A stretch of DNA of 64,000 nt from Candidatus Gastranaerophilaceae bacterium (GTDB taxonomy: Bacteria > Cyanobacteriota > Vampirovibrionia > Gastranaerophilales > Gastranaerophilaceae), in contig JAZLGV010000132.1 of NCBI GenBank assembly GCA_045616505.1, positions 3,245 to 67,244 on the forward strand, given 5' to 3'. A program made the position numbers and the translations under genes. The notes under the pieces were generated by a model, which saw nothing but the letters and a program-made list of their open reading frames with translations, had not been told where the DNA came from and made no database searches. Positions 45,959-54,816 of the stretch are shown here, piece after piece. Each line of letters begins with the position of its first letter. Position 1 is the first letter of the stretch.

Positions 45959-46738
45959 ATGGATAGTTTGTTAACAGCAATAGCAAAAATGTTTCCTGCT
46001 TTTGATGCAAATTTTGCAGCAGGATTTATTGTTTTTTCCCGTTTTTTAGGCTTTGTTTGTTTTGCTCCCGTTTTTTGTCGAAAAGATTTTCCTATGATTG
46101 CAAAAATAGGTTTTGTTTTTTTGACGACTATTATGATAGTTTGTATTTTAAAACCTTCTGCTCCACCAATGGGAAATGATATAATTGTTCCAATTGTGTT
46201 AAATTCAGCGGTAGGTGCGATGCTTGGGTTTATGGCAAGGTTAATTTTGATTGCTGTAGATGCAGGCGGAGATATGATTAATATGCAAATGGGGTTATCT
46301 TCTGCGATGGTTTTAGACCCAACTTCTCAAAAACAAGTGTCTTTGATGGAAAATATTTTTTCACTTTTAGGTGTTTTGATTTTTATAAATGTTGGTGGTA
46401 TTTATTGGCTTTTTAATGCTTTTATGAGAAGTTTCGATGTGTTTCCTTTATATGCGATGTCAATTCCTTTGATGGACATTGTTAATTTTGATTATTTACT
46501 TAAAATGACATCTAATGTGTTGTTTATGGGGTTACAAATAGCGTCACCAATTTTGCTTGCAACATTAGGACAAGATATTATTCTTGGTACGATTTCAAAA
46601 ACAGCTCCTCAAGTAAACGTATTTCAATTGAGTTTCTTATTTAAACCTGTTTTTGGCGCAGCAATTATGATTTGGATTATGCCAATGATGGTAAATGTTA
46701 TAACTGAATATTTTATGTCTTTTTCAAGAATTTTTTAA
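45959..46738 (+). CDS. fliR: flagellar export gate protein FliR
   Basis: It is a 259-aa polytopic protein. FSRFLGFVCFAPVF and GGDMINMQMGLS are typical of FliR/SctT. Confidence 0.9.
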   Translation: MDSLLTAIAKMFPAFDANFAAGFIVFSRFLGFVCFAPVFCRKDFPMIAKIGFVFLTTIMIVCILKPSAPPMGNDIIVPIVLNSAVGAMLGFMARLILIAVDAGGDMINMQMGLSSAMVLDPTSQKQVSLMENIFSLLGVLIFINVGGIYWLFNAFMRSFDVFPLYAMSIPLMDIVNFDYLLKMTSNVLFMGLQIASPILLATLGQDIILGTISKTAPQVNVFQLSFLFKPVFGAAIMIWIMPMMVNVITEYFMSFSRIF

Positions 46739-46754
46739 ATGGTTTTTGTTTAAT

Positions 46755-46796
46755 AAAAAAAGAAGTCGGATGTATTAAACATCCGACTTCTTTTTC
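46755..46796. terminator. bidirectional terminator between fliR and rpsT
   Basis: The stem AGAAGTCGGATG / CATCCGACTTCT has an A run upstream and a T run downstream, and it lies between convergent genes. Confidence 0.85.
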
Positions 46797-46809
46797 AAAT
46801 AATATTTGC

Positions 46810-47079
46810 TTATTTGTTAGCTAATTTGTTCAAAGCAATTACAAGTCTTGATTTTTTTCTTGCAGCTGTGTTTTTGTGTAAAATACCTTTTGAAACAGCT
46901 TTATCGCAAAGTTGGTAAACTTTTGAAACTGCTGCTGCTAAAGCATTTTTGTCATCACTTTCTGCGATTGCAAGTGCTTTTTTGATTGCTGTTTTAATAG
47001 AAGATTTGAAAGAGATGTTTCTTTCAGCATTTCTTTCTGCAATCAAGATTCTTTTTTTTGAAGATTTAATATTAGCCAT
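46810..47079 (-). CDS. rpsT: 30S ribosomal protein S20
   Basis: The N-terminus is MANIKSSKKRILIAERNAERN, and it is 89 aa and basic. Confidence 0.95.
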   Translation of the reverse strand: MANIKSSKKRILIAERNAERNISFKSSIKTAIKKALAIAESDDKNALAAAVSKVYQLCDKAVSKGILHKNTAARKKSRLVIALNKLANK

Positions 47080-47214
47080 TTATTTTTCCTTTCCAATTTC
47101 TTCCTCGGGATTAATGACTTCCCGATTAAATCGGATGATAGTGAGTTCTTTGATTGTAATACAAATTTTATTTTTATGCAACATGTTTTTTGTTTTTTGT
47201 ATTAAAATCAAATT

Positions 47215-47934
47215 ATGATAAATCTTTTTGTTACAGGTTCAAATTCTAATTCTGGAGTTTCTTTTATAACTGCAGGACTTGCAATAACTATGCAAAGTTT
47301 AGGTTATCAGTCTGCGGTGTATAAGCCAGTTGATATTGGCGCAAAAGAAAAGCAAGGTTTTGTTCAATCTGTTGATTTGGCTTATGTGAAAAATCTTGAT
47401 CCATATATAAAAACTGCTTTTTCTTATTCATTTAAAAGTTTAGCTGCACCTGTTATTTCTGCAGAAAGTGAAAATGTTGTAATTTCAAAAGATATTTTAA
47501 AAAAGGATTTTGATAATCTTTCAAAAGAAGCAGATTGTGTTTTACTTGAAGGAACACAAGGTGTTATGACTCCTTTAGGTGTTGATTTTTTGGAAGCTGA
47601 TTTGGTTTCTTTTTTTAATACTCCATTGCTGCTTGTTGTAAAACCTGTTTATGGTGCAATAAATCAAACTTTATTGACATTAGATTATCTTTATAAAAAA
47701 GGAATTTCTGTAAGAGGTATTATTATCAACAATAGTCTTGATGAAACTGATAAGACAGAATTGAAAAATTTTCCACGACTTGTTGAAGAATATTCAAATT
47801 CAAAAATTTTGGGAATTATACAAGATTTTTCTTATATGCCAAAAATTGATCCGAATAATTTAATTACGCATATTCTAAATGGTATTGATATAGAAAGTGT
47901 ATTTGATATTGAAATAACAAAATTAAAACTTTAA
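47215..47934 (+). CDS. bioD: dethiobiotin synthase-like protein with a degenerate P-loop
   Basis: The BioD-like layout is FVTG......, YKPV, LLEGTQG and GAINQTLLT. The P-loop reads GSNSNSGVS instead of GTDTxVGKT. Confidence 0.7.
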   Translation: MINLFVTGSNSNSGVSFITAGLAITMQSLGYQSAVYKPVDIGAKEKQGFVQSVDLAYVKNLDPYIKTAFSYSFKSLAAPVISAESENVVISKDILKKDFDNLSKEADCVLLEGTQGVMTPLGVDFLEADLVSFFNTPLLLVVKPVYGAINQTLLTLDYLYKKGISVRGIIINNSLDETDKTELKNFPRLVEEYSNSKILGIIQDFSYMPKIDPNNLITHILNGIDIESVFDIEITKLKL

Positions 47935-47959
47935 GTATTTTTGTTATACAATTAAATTT

Positions 47960-49306
47960 ATGAAAAGAGCTTATATTGAAACACTTGGTTGTCAGATGAA
48001 TAAATCTGATACCGAAAAAATGTATGGAATGTTGGAAACGCTTGGCTATGAAGAAGTGCCAGAACCAAAGTGTGCAGAAGATGCAGATTTGTTGATAATC
48101 AACACTTGTTCAATCCGTCAGCTTTCAGAAGATAAAGCGTTTAGTCGTATTGGAACATGGGGACAATGGAAAAAATCTAACCCTGAGTTGAAAATAGTTT
48201 TTTGTGGATGCGTTGCTCAAGAAAAAGGTGAAAAAATCTTTAAAAGAGCGCATTATGTTGATTTGGTTATGGGGACTCATGATATTAATAACTTCCCTGA
48301 ATTAATCAAAAGAATTGAAAATGGTGAAAAAGTTTGTGCTGATGGTGAAACTCCAATTCCAGAAGGTGATTTTAAGCCAAAAAGAGCAAAAAGTGTAAAT
48401 GCATGGATTACAATTACAGAAGGTTGTGATAATTTTTGCACATATTGTATTGTTCCTTATACAAGAGGCAGAGAACGTTCAAAAACACCTGAAGCAATTT
48501 TCAAGGAAGCTAAAGAAGCATTAGCTGCAGGATTTAAAGAAATAACTTTATTAGGTCAAAATGTTGATAGTTATGGTAAAGGTTTAAAACCTTTGTCAAA
48601 TGGAAAAAGACCGACTCTTGCATATTTATTGAAAGAATTAAACAAAATCAAAGGTAAATTTAGAATAAGATTTACAACTTCTTATCCGTCAGATATAACT
48701 GAAGAACTTATAGATACGGTTGTTGCAAGTGATAAAGTATGTGAGTGTTTTCATATTCCAATGCAATCAGGTTCTTCTGAAGTTTTGAAAAAAATGAACA
48801 GAAGATATACAAAAGACGAATATTTTGAAATTGTAAAAAATATAAGAACAAAAGTTCCTGATGTTGCAATAACAAGTGATTTTATTGCAGGTTTCCCAGG
48901 GGAAACAAATAGTCAATTTGAAGAAACACTTTCTGCTATGAGAGAGTTGGAACTTGATTATTCAAACACAGCGGCTTATTCTCCAAGAGGAAAAACTATT
49001 GCTGCAAAATGGGAAAATTTATTTTTATCAGAAGAAGTTAAAGAAGATAGATTGATGCGTTTGAATAATCAAAATAAAGATAACTGTTTAGCTTCAAACA
49101 AAAAATATTTGGATAGAGAACTTGAAGTTTTAATCGAAAGTTTTGAAAATCATAAAGGAAAAAATATTATTACAGGTAGAACTCGTAATAATAAAATTGT
49201 TCACATTCCATACGATGAAGATTTAACAGGTCAATTTGTGATTGCAAAAATCGTTGCCGTAAAAACTTGGTATTTGAATGGTGAATTTGTTTCAATTGTA
49301 AAATAA
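47960..49306 (+). CDS. miaB: tRNA-2-methylthio-N6-dimethylallyladenosine synthase
   Basis: It has the UPF0004 Cys triad (GCQMN...NTCSIR...GCVAQ), the radical SAM CDNFCTYC motif and a TRAM C-terminus. Confidence 0.95.
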   Translation: MKRAYIETLGCQMNKSDTEKMYGMLETLGYEEVPEPKCAEDADLLIINTCSIRQLSEDKAFSRIGTWGQWKKSNPELKIVFCGCVAQEKGEKIFKRAHYVDLVMGTHDINNFPELIKRIENGEKVCADGETPIPEGDFKPKRAKSVNAWITITEGCDNFCTYCIVPYTRGRERSKTPEAIFKEAKEALAAGFKEITLLGQNVDSYGKGLKPLSNGKRPTLAYLLKELNKIKGKFRIRFTTSYPSDITEELIDTVVASDKVCECFHIPMQSGSSEVLKKMNRRYTKDEYFEIVKNIRTKVPDVAITSDFIAGFPGETNSQFEETLSAMRELELDYSNTAAYSPRGKTIAAKWENLFLSEEVKEDRLMRLNNQNKDNCLASNKKYLDRELEVLIESFENHKGKNIITGRTRNNKIVHIPYDEDLTGQFVIAKIVAVKTWYLNGEFVSIVK

Positions 49307-49392
49307 ATTTAACATGTTCTAAAGAAAATTAATTTTCATCCGACAAAATAAATGAAGTGTGATTTGAGAAGATTAAAGAAAGGATTATGTTA

Positions 49393-49956
49393 ATGGTAAA
49401 TAGTATCAGTGGCAATGGTGGTAAAAATGCTTATGTAAATACTCCAGAGTATCAACAAATAAAAGCAGAGCATCCAGATGCTGTTTTTAATTTTGATGCA
49501 GAAACAGGTAAATTGACATGGACAGAAAAATCAGGTGGTTTTTTAAATAAAAGTTCAACAAGTGGATCTGTGTATGTGGACGTTTCGCCATCGGAAGAAG
49601 ATATGCTTGCCCAAATTGGAAAAGATATGGATGCTATGTCTTTGGAAAAATACATTGATGCAGGCTTTGTAGCTAAAAAAGGAAACGGAAATTATTACGA
49701 AGTCGATTTGAAAAAAATGCAAGAAGTATTAGGAAAAGACGTTACTTTGGCTGATGTGAAAGAAATGTTTGGACTTGCAGATGGTGCTTTAGTTGCAGCA
49801 AATAATAATATTTATTTTGAAGATGCTCCGTATGATAACAAAGGTCAGTATGCAGGCAGAAGTTTAGATGATGCAAATATTGCTGATGTTGTACACGGAA
49901 ACGGTAAAATAAAAATTCCTGCAAAAGATATGTTTAAAACAAATGGTTTTAAATAA
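49393..49956 (+). CDS. hypothetical protein (polar N-terminus, no signal peptide)
   Basis: ATG 49393 (MVNSISGNGG...) lies 8 nt after AAAGGA, whereas ATG 49387 is too close to the SD. A terminator follows. Confidence 0.5.
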   Translation: MVNSISGNGGKNAYVNTPEYQQIKAEHPDAVFNFDAETGKLTWTEKSGGFLNKSSTSGSVYVDVSPSEEDMLAQIGKDMDAMSLEKYIDAGFVAKKGNGNYYEVDLKKMQEVLGKDVTLADVKEMFGLADGALVAANNNIYFEDAPYDNKGQYAGRSLDDANIADVVHGNGKIKIPAKDMFKTNGFK

Positions 49957-49975
49957 TAAGAATTTTAATTATAGA

Positions 49976-50010
49976 CGGCTTGCATAAATATTTATGCAAG
50001 CCGTTTTTTA
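49976..50010 (+). terminator. rho-independent terminator
   Basis: The stem ACGGCTTGCATAAAT / ATTTATGCAAGCCGT is followed by a run of six T. Confidence 0.85.
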
Positions 50011-50053
50011 ATGTGATATAATTTAGTGGTAAAAATATAAGGGGGATTTTAAA

Positions 50054-50293
50054 ATGGCAGATGAGGGAAAAATGTTAGCAACTGTTCCAAGAAGTGATAC
50101 AGAAAGAATGCAAATCGCAGTAAAAGAATTTAAAGGCAGAAGCTATTTAGATATGAGAATTTTTTACACAACTGATGAAGGCGAAACTTGGCTTCCTACA
50201 AAAAAAGGTGTAACTTGTTCTCCTGAAAATTTAGAAATTTTACGTGATGCAATAGATGAAGCTATAAAAGAATTTTCTACTCCGGAAGAATAG
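50054..50293 (+). CDS. PC4/YdbC-like small ssDNA-binding protein
   Basis: It is 79 aa. The pattern ...ERMQIAVKEFKGRSYLDMRIFY...WLPTKKGVT resembles the bacterial PC4-like fold. The SD AAGGGGG lies upstream. Confidence 0.55.
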   Translation: MADEGKMLATVPRSDTERMQIAVKEFKGRSYLDMRIFYTTDEGETWLPTKKGVTCSPENLEILRDAIDEAIKEFSTPEE

Positions 50294-50299
50294 TGGAGT

Positions 50300-52519
50300 T
50301 TGATTTTGCCAAAATATGCACTCGCACTTGTAAATATTAAAGGGCTGGGTGTAAAAACATTCAGCTATTTAATACCTGACGAAATGAAAGACGAAATTCA
50401 AGTTGGTCAGGCAATTCTTGTGCCCTTTGGCAGACAAGGGTTGATAAACGCCTTTTGTGTAGGGTTTAGCGATTATTTGCCTGAAGAAATTAAGGCAAAA
50501 AAAATCAATAAAATTTTAGATAAAACTCCGTTGTTTTCATTAGAATATTTAAAATTGTTGGAATGGGTCGCAAATTATTATATTTGCGACTTTGTTACTG
50601 TTTTAAATACTGCTATTCCGATGAAATTAATTGAAAAATGTTCAAAAACAGAAAAAAGTATTGAATATTTGAGTAGTGAAAACACAACAAAACGACAAAA
50701 AGAAATTCTTGAGTTGCTAAAAGAAAAAGGCAAGATGTCTTTGATAGAGTTTGAGCGTTTTGCAAAGACAACAAGAACAACGGTAATGAAACTTGCAGAT
50801 GCGGGTTGTGTAAAACTTATAGATGAAGAGATTTATAGAAATCCTTTAGAAATTTTTGCAGACCAAAAAGTTGAACCTTTGTATGATTTGAATGAAGAAC
50901 AAACAAAAGTTTATAATGAAATAAATAAACAAATAAAAAGTAAAACAAGAAAAAATGAACCTCTTTTGTTGTATGGTGTTACAGCATCTGGGAAAACGGA
51001 AGTTTATTTTAAACTCATAAAAGATACTATAGATAGTGGTAAAAATGTTTTGTTTTTAGCACCTGAAATCGCACTTGCTTCTCAATTAACAAAGCGATTA
51101 GCTCGAAAATTCGGGATTAATGATGTTGCTATTTGGCATAGTAGTATTTCTGACGGTGAAAGATATGACGTTTGGCAAAAATTATATAAAAATGAGATAA
51201 AAATTTTAGCAGGTGCACGTTCAGCTGTTTTTGCTCCTTTGAAAAATATCGGTTTAATTATTATTGATGAAGAGCACGAAAATGCTTATAAACAAACAAC
51301 TCCAGCTCCAAGGTATGATGCACGAAAAGTAGCTAGAAAATTGGCAGAATTTCATAATTGTCCATTGATATTAGGAAGTGCAACTCCTGATATAGAAAGT
51401 TATTATAGAGCTTCAAATATGAAACTTTTATCTGAAATGCCACATAGATTTAATAACGCTCCTGTTGCACAAACTTCTGTTATAAATATGCAAAATCATT
51501 CTCGCCAAGCATATAGAGGGGTTATTTCTATTCCTTTGCAAACTGCAATTAAAGAAACTCTTGAAAAAGGTCAGCAAGTAATTTTATTGATTAATAGACG
51601 AGGTTATTCAACAACCACTCAATGTCAGGCATGTGGACATGTTATTGAATGTGAAAATTGCTCTATTCCAATGATTTGGCATAGTGACGGAATGCAATTA
51701 AAATGCCATTATTGTGGAAGAACAAAATCTTTTCCAGAAATTTGTCCAAAATGTGGAAGTAACGCATTAAAAAATTCTGGAACAGGTACTCAAAAAATTG
51801 AAATTTTAATAAAAGAACTTTTTACTGATGCAAGAATAGAACGTATTGATAGTGATATTTTGCAGAAAAAAACTGCACATATAGAACTTTTAAATCGTTT
51901 TCAATCAGGTGAAATTGATATTTTAATTGGTACTCAAATGATTGCAAAAGGTCTTGATAATCCAAACGTAACTTTAGTTGGCGTTATTTCAGCAGACGCA
52001 AGTTTTAATTTGCCTGATTATAGAGCATCAGAAAGAGGTTTTCAATTATTGACGCAGGTTGCAGGTCGTTCAGGTCGTGGAAAATTTTTGGGTAGTGTGA
52101 TTTTCCAAACATATAATCCAGATTTTTATGCGATAGAAAGCGCAAAAGCTCAAGATTATAAAACTTTTTATGGTACAGAAATAGCTGCAAGAGAAGAATT
52201 TGATTATCCGCCGTTTTCGCAAGTTATAAGGCTCGTTTTGAGTTCAGAAAATGAGTTTAGAGCTGAAAAATCTGCTCAGGAAATTGCATATAGATTGTGT
52301 TCAATTATTGAAAAACAAGGAGTGTCAGAACGTTTAATTGTTTTAGGGCCATCTGCTTGTGTGATTGAAAGAATACAAAATAAGCATCGTTTCCAAATAA
52401 TTATAAAAAATAAAATGGACGAAAAAGGTCACATGTTTATTTCAAAATTTATGCAACGTATAACGATGCCAAAAGATATAAAACTTACTATTGATGTCGA
52501 TCCAATAGATATTCTTTAA
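50300..52519 (+). CDS. priA: primosomal protein N' (replication restart helicase PriA)
   Basis: It has Walker A GVTASGKTE, DEEH, the Cys-rich zinc region (CQACGHVIECENCSIPM...CHYCG...CPKCGS) and helicase motifs. The start is TTG. Confidence 0.95.
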   Translation: MILPKYALALVNIKGLGVKTFSYLIPDEMKDEIQVGQAILVPFGRQGLINAFCVGFSDYLPEEIKAKKINKILDKTPLFSLEYLKLLEWVANYYICDFVTVLNTAIPMKLIEKCSKTEKSIEYLSSENTTKRQKEILELLKEKGKMSLIEFERFAKTTRTTVMKLADAGCVKLIDEEIYRNPLEIFADQKVEPLYDLNEEQTKVYNEINKQIKSKTRKNEPLLLYGVTASGKTEVYFKLIKDTIDSGKNVLFLAPEIALASQLTKRLARKFGINDVAIWHSSISDGERYDVWQKLYKNEIKILAGARSAVFAPLKNIGLIIIDEEHENAYKQTTPAPRYDARKVARKLAEFHNCPLILGSATPDIESYYRASNMKLLSEMPHRFNNAPVAQTSVINMQNHSRQAYRGVISIPLQTAIKETLEKGQQVILLINRRGYSTTTQCQACGHVIECENCSIPMIWHSDGMQLKCHYCGRTKSFPEICPKCGSNALKNSGTGTQKIEILIKELFTDARIERIDSDILQKKTAHIELLNRFQSGEIDILIGTQMIAKGLDNPNVTLVGVISADASFNLPDYRASERGFQLLTQVAGRSGRGKFLGSVIFQTYNPDFYAIESAKAQDYKTFYGTEIAAREEFDYPPFSQVIRLVLSSENEFRAEKSAQEIAYRLCSIIEKQGVSERLIVLGPSACVIERIQNKHRFQIIIKNKMDEKGHMFISKFMQRITMPKDIKLTIDVDPIDIL

Positions 52520-52598
52520 TATTTCTGTTTTTTGTTTATTGTCTTACTTTACATCGTCTTTGGCTTAATTTATTATTGATGTTAGGAGAGAATTAAAT

Positions 52599-54506
52599 TT
52601 GAAATATAAAATTATTAATGGTGCTGTCGATATTGATGGTGATAGCATTTTAAGTCAAATAAATATAGAGATAAAAAATAAAGAAAAAATCGCTATTATC
52701 GGACGAAATGGCGCAGGTAAAACAACTTTGTTGAAAGCCTTGATTGATAATGATTTGTTATCAGAAGGTAGTGGCGAAGAAAAATTTTGCGTAATTAAAG
52801 AAGATAAGCCCGTTTTAGGGTATTTGAAACAAGTTGAATTTGAAGATGAATCAATTTCAATGCTTGATGAAATTTTAAAAATTTATAAACCGATTATTGA
52901 TTTAGAAGCTAAAATAAATAGGCTTTTAGAGCAAATGCAACACGATAAAACAAATAAATCGGCTGAAGAATATTCAAAAGCAATTGAACGATTTGAAATG
53001 CTTGATGGGTATTCTTATAAAAAAGAATACGAAGTTGCAATAAGAAAATTTGGGTTTTCAGAAGAAGATAAACAAAAGAAAATAGGTGAATTTTCAGGTG
53101 GACAAAGGTCAAAAATTGCATTTATTAAATTGTTGTTGAGTAAACCAGATATTTTATTTTTAGATGAGCCTACTAACCATTTAGATTTAGTAACTATTGA
53201 GTGGTTAGAAAAATTTTTAAAATCTTATCCAAAATCTATTGTGATTGTTTCACATGACCGTATGTTTTTAAATAAAATCGTAAATAAAGTTTATGAGATT
53301 GAATATGGCGAAACTACTGAATATATTGGAAATTATTCGGCTTTTGAAAAACATAAGAAAGCAAATTATGAAAAACAATTGAAAGATTATACATACCAGC
53401 AAGCAGAGATAAAAAGATTAAACAGAATTGTCGATAGGTTTAAATTTAAGCCAACAAAAGCAAAAATGGCAATGTCAAAACTTAAACAAGTTGAAAGAAT
53501 GGTAAAAATAGAAGAGCCGAACAGGTATGATTTAACGACTTTTAAAACTAATTTTTCTGTTGATAAAAAAAGTGGAAGAGAAGTTATTTCTGCACAAAAT
53601 TTAAAAATTGGCTATGATAAACCATTGCAAACAATTAATTTTACGCTTGAACGTGACCAAAGGCTTGCCGTAATTGGTGCTAATGGGATTGGTAAATCAA
53701 CTTTGTTAAAAACTTTTGTCGGTGCTATCGAGAAATTGGACGGCACATTCAAATTTGGTCATAATGTAGAAATAGGTTATTTTGACCAACAATTGGCATT
53801 GGTAAATTCTGAAAAAACAATTTTTGAGGATTTTTGTGATGAATTTCCGCAGTATGATGACACGCAAGTTAGAAATTCTCTTGCTGCATTTATGTTTTAT
53901 GGTGATGATGTTTTCAAAAAAATAAATATGCTTTCAGGTGGTGAAAAAGTAAGACTTGCTTTGTGTAAAATTTTGAAAAAAGGTCCGAATTTGCTTATTT
54001 TAGATGAACCGACAAATCACATGGATATTATTGGAAAAGAAAGTCTTGAAAACTTGTTAAATGTATATGATGGAACAATTTTAGTTGTGTCGCATGATAG
54101 GTATTTTGTAAATAAAGTGGCAGATAGTTTGCTTGTTTTGAGTCAAAATGGAGCAGATTATTTTAAAGGCACTTATGAAGAATATTTAGAAAAATTTGAA
54201 AATGAAGATGAAATTTTTGTTACGGTGGACAAAAATTCAAATAAAAAAGTAGAAAAGAAACCAAACGAAAGCGTGATTTTGAGAAAAGAACGCAAAGCAA
54301 ATGAAAAAAGAGCAAAAATTTTGGAACGTGAAATTACAAGTTTGGAAAATAAAGTAAAAGAATTAAACGAACAATTGCTAGACGAAAATGTTTATACAGA
54401 TTATGTCAAAGCAGGTGAAATTCAATCGCAAATAGATTTAGCGAACGAAGAAATTAATGCAAAATTTGAAGAATGGGAAAATCTTCAAACACTTTTAGAG
54501 GTTTAG
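52599..54506 (+). CDS. ABC-F family ATPase (translation-factor type)
   Basis: It has two ABC cassettes (GRNGAGKTT / GANGIGKST, LSGGQRSK / LSGGEKVR), an inter-domain linker and a C-terminal coiled coil, with no TM segments. Confidence 0.9.
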   Translation: MKYKIINGAVDIDGDSILSQINIEIKNKEKIAIIGRNGAGKTTLLKALIDNDLLSEGSGEEKFCVIKEDKPVLGYLKQVEFEDESISMLDEILKIYKPIIDLEAKINRLLEQMQHDKTNKSAEEYSKAIERFEMLDGYSYKKEYEVAIRKFGFSEEDKQKKIGEFSGGQRSKIAFIKLLLSKPDILFLDEPTNHLDLVTIEWLEKFLKSYPKSIVIVSHDRMFLNKIVNKVYEIEYGETTEYIGNYSAFEKHKKANYEKQLKDYTYQQAEIKRLNRIVDRFKFKPTKAKMAMSKLKQVERMVKIEEPNRYDLTTFKTNFSVDKKSGREVISAQNLKIGYDKPLQTINFTLERDQRLAVIGANGIGKSTLLKTFVGAIEKLDGTFKFGHNVEIGYFDQQLALVNSEKTIFEDFCDEFPQYDDTQVRNSLAAFMFYGDDVFKKINMLSGGEKVRLALCKILKKGPNLLILDEPTNHMDIIGKESLENLLNVYDGTILVVSHDRYFVNKVADSLLVLSQNGADYFKGTYEEYLEKFENEDEIFVTVDKNSNKKVEKKPNESVILRKERKANEKRAKILEREITSLENKVKELNEQLLDENVYTDYVKAGEIQSQIDLANEEINAKFEEWENLQTLLEV

Positions 54507-54513
54507 TCAAAAT

Positions 54514-54723
54514 TTATTTTAGTAATAAATAGGCATCTAGTTCAAAAAAGTTTGCTATTTGTTCTATTTTATCTATTGTTATGTTTATTCTTCCTTTTTC
54601 AAGTCTGGAAATATATGAATTATCAACACCCAAAATTAAAGATAGTTCTTCTCTACTTATTTTTTTCTTTATTCTAAGTTTTTCAATATTCTGTGCTAAT
54701 TTGTTTCTGCTTTCTTGACTCAT
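54514..54723 (-). CDS. XRE-family helix-turn-helix protein
   Basis: It is 69 aa with LAQNIEKLRIKKKISREELSLILGVDNSYISRLEKG. Confidence 0.8.
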   Translation of the reverse strand: MSQESRNKLAQNIEKLRIKKKISREELSLILGVDNSYISRLEKGRINITIDKIEQIANFFELDAYLLLK

Positions 54724-54816
54724 ATTCCAATTATTTATATAATGTTGTATTATTAACAGGAATACCAGTCCAGTTGAAAGAGCTGTTTTAATGTTTATTG
54801 GAAAAAATAAAAAATA

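Noticed and set aside
43129-46738. I considered reading fliM/N-OPQR as a non-flagellar injectisome (SctQRST) serving the neighbouring giant protein.
   Set aside because: A FliO-like gene and a FliM-type middle domain are flagellar hallmarks. No secretin, needle, translocon, SctV/U/N or chaperone genes are present. The giant-gene link is kept only as a hypothesis involving the flagellar export apparatus.
47080-47214. I considered alternative hairpins (TCGGGA...TCCCGA and CCGAT-TAA-ATCGG) in the rpsT leader as a novel regulatory RNA.
   Set aside because: The stems are short (5 bp), and the region is most simply the leader for known S20 autoregulation plus the bioD-like promoter. Nothing distinguishes it from chance without comparative data.
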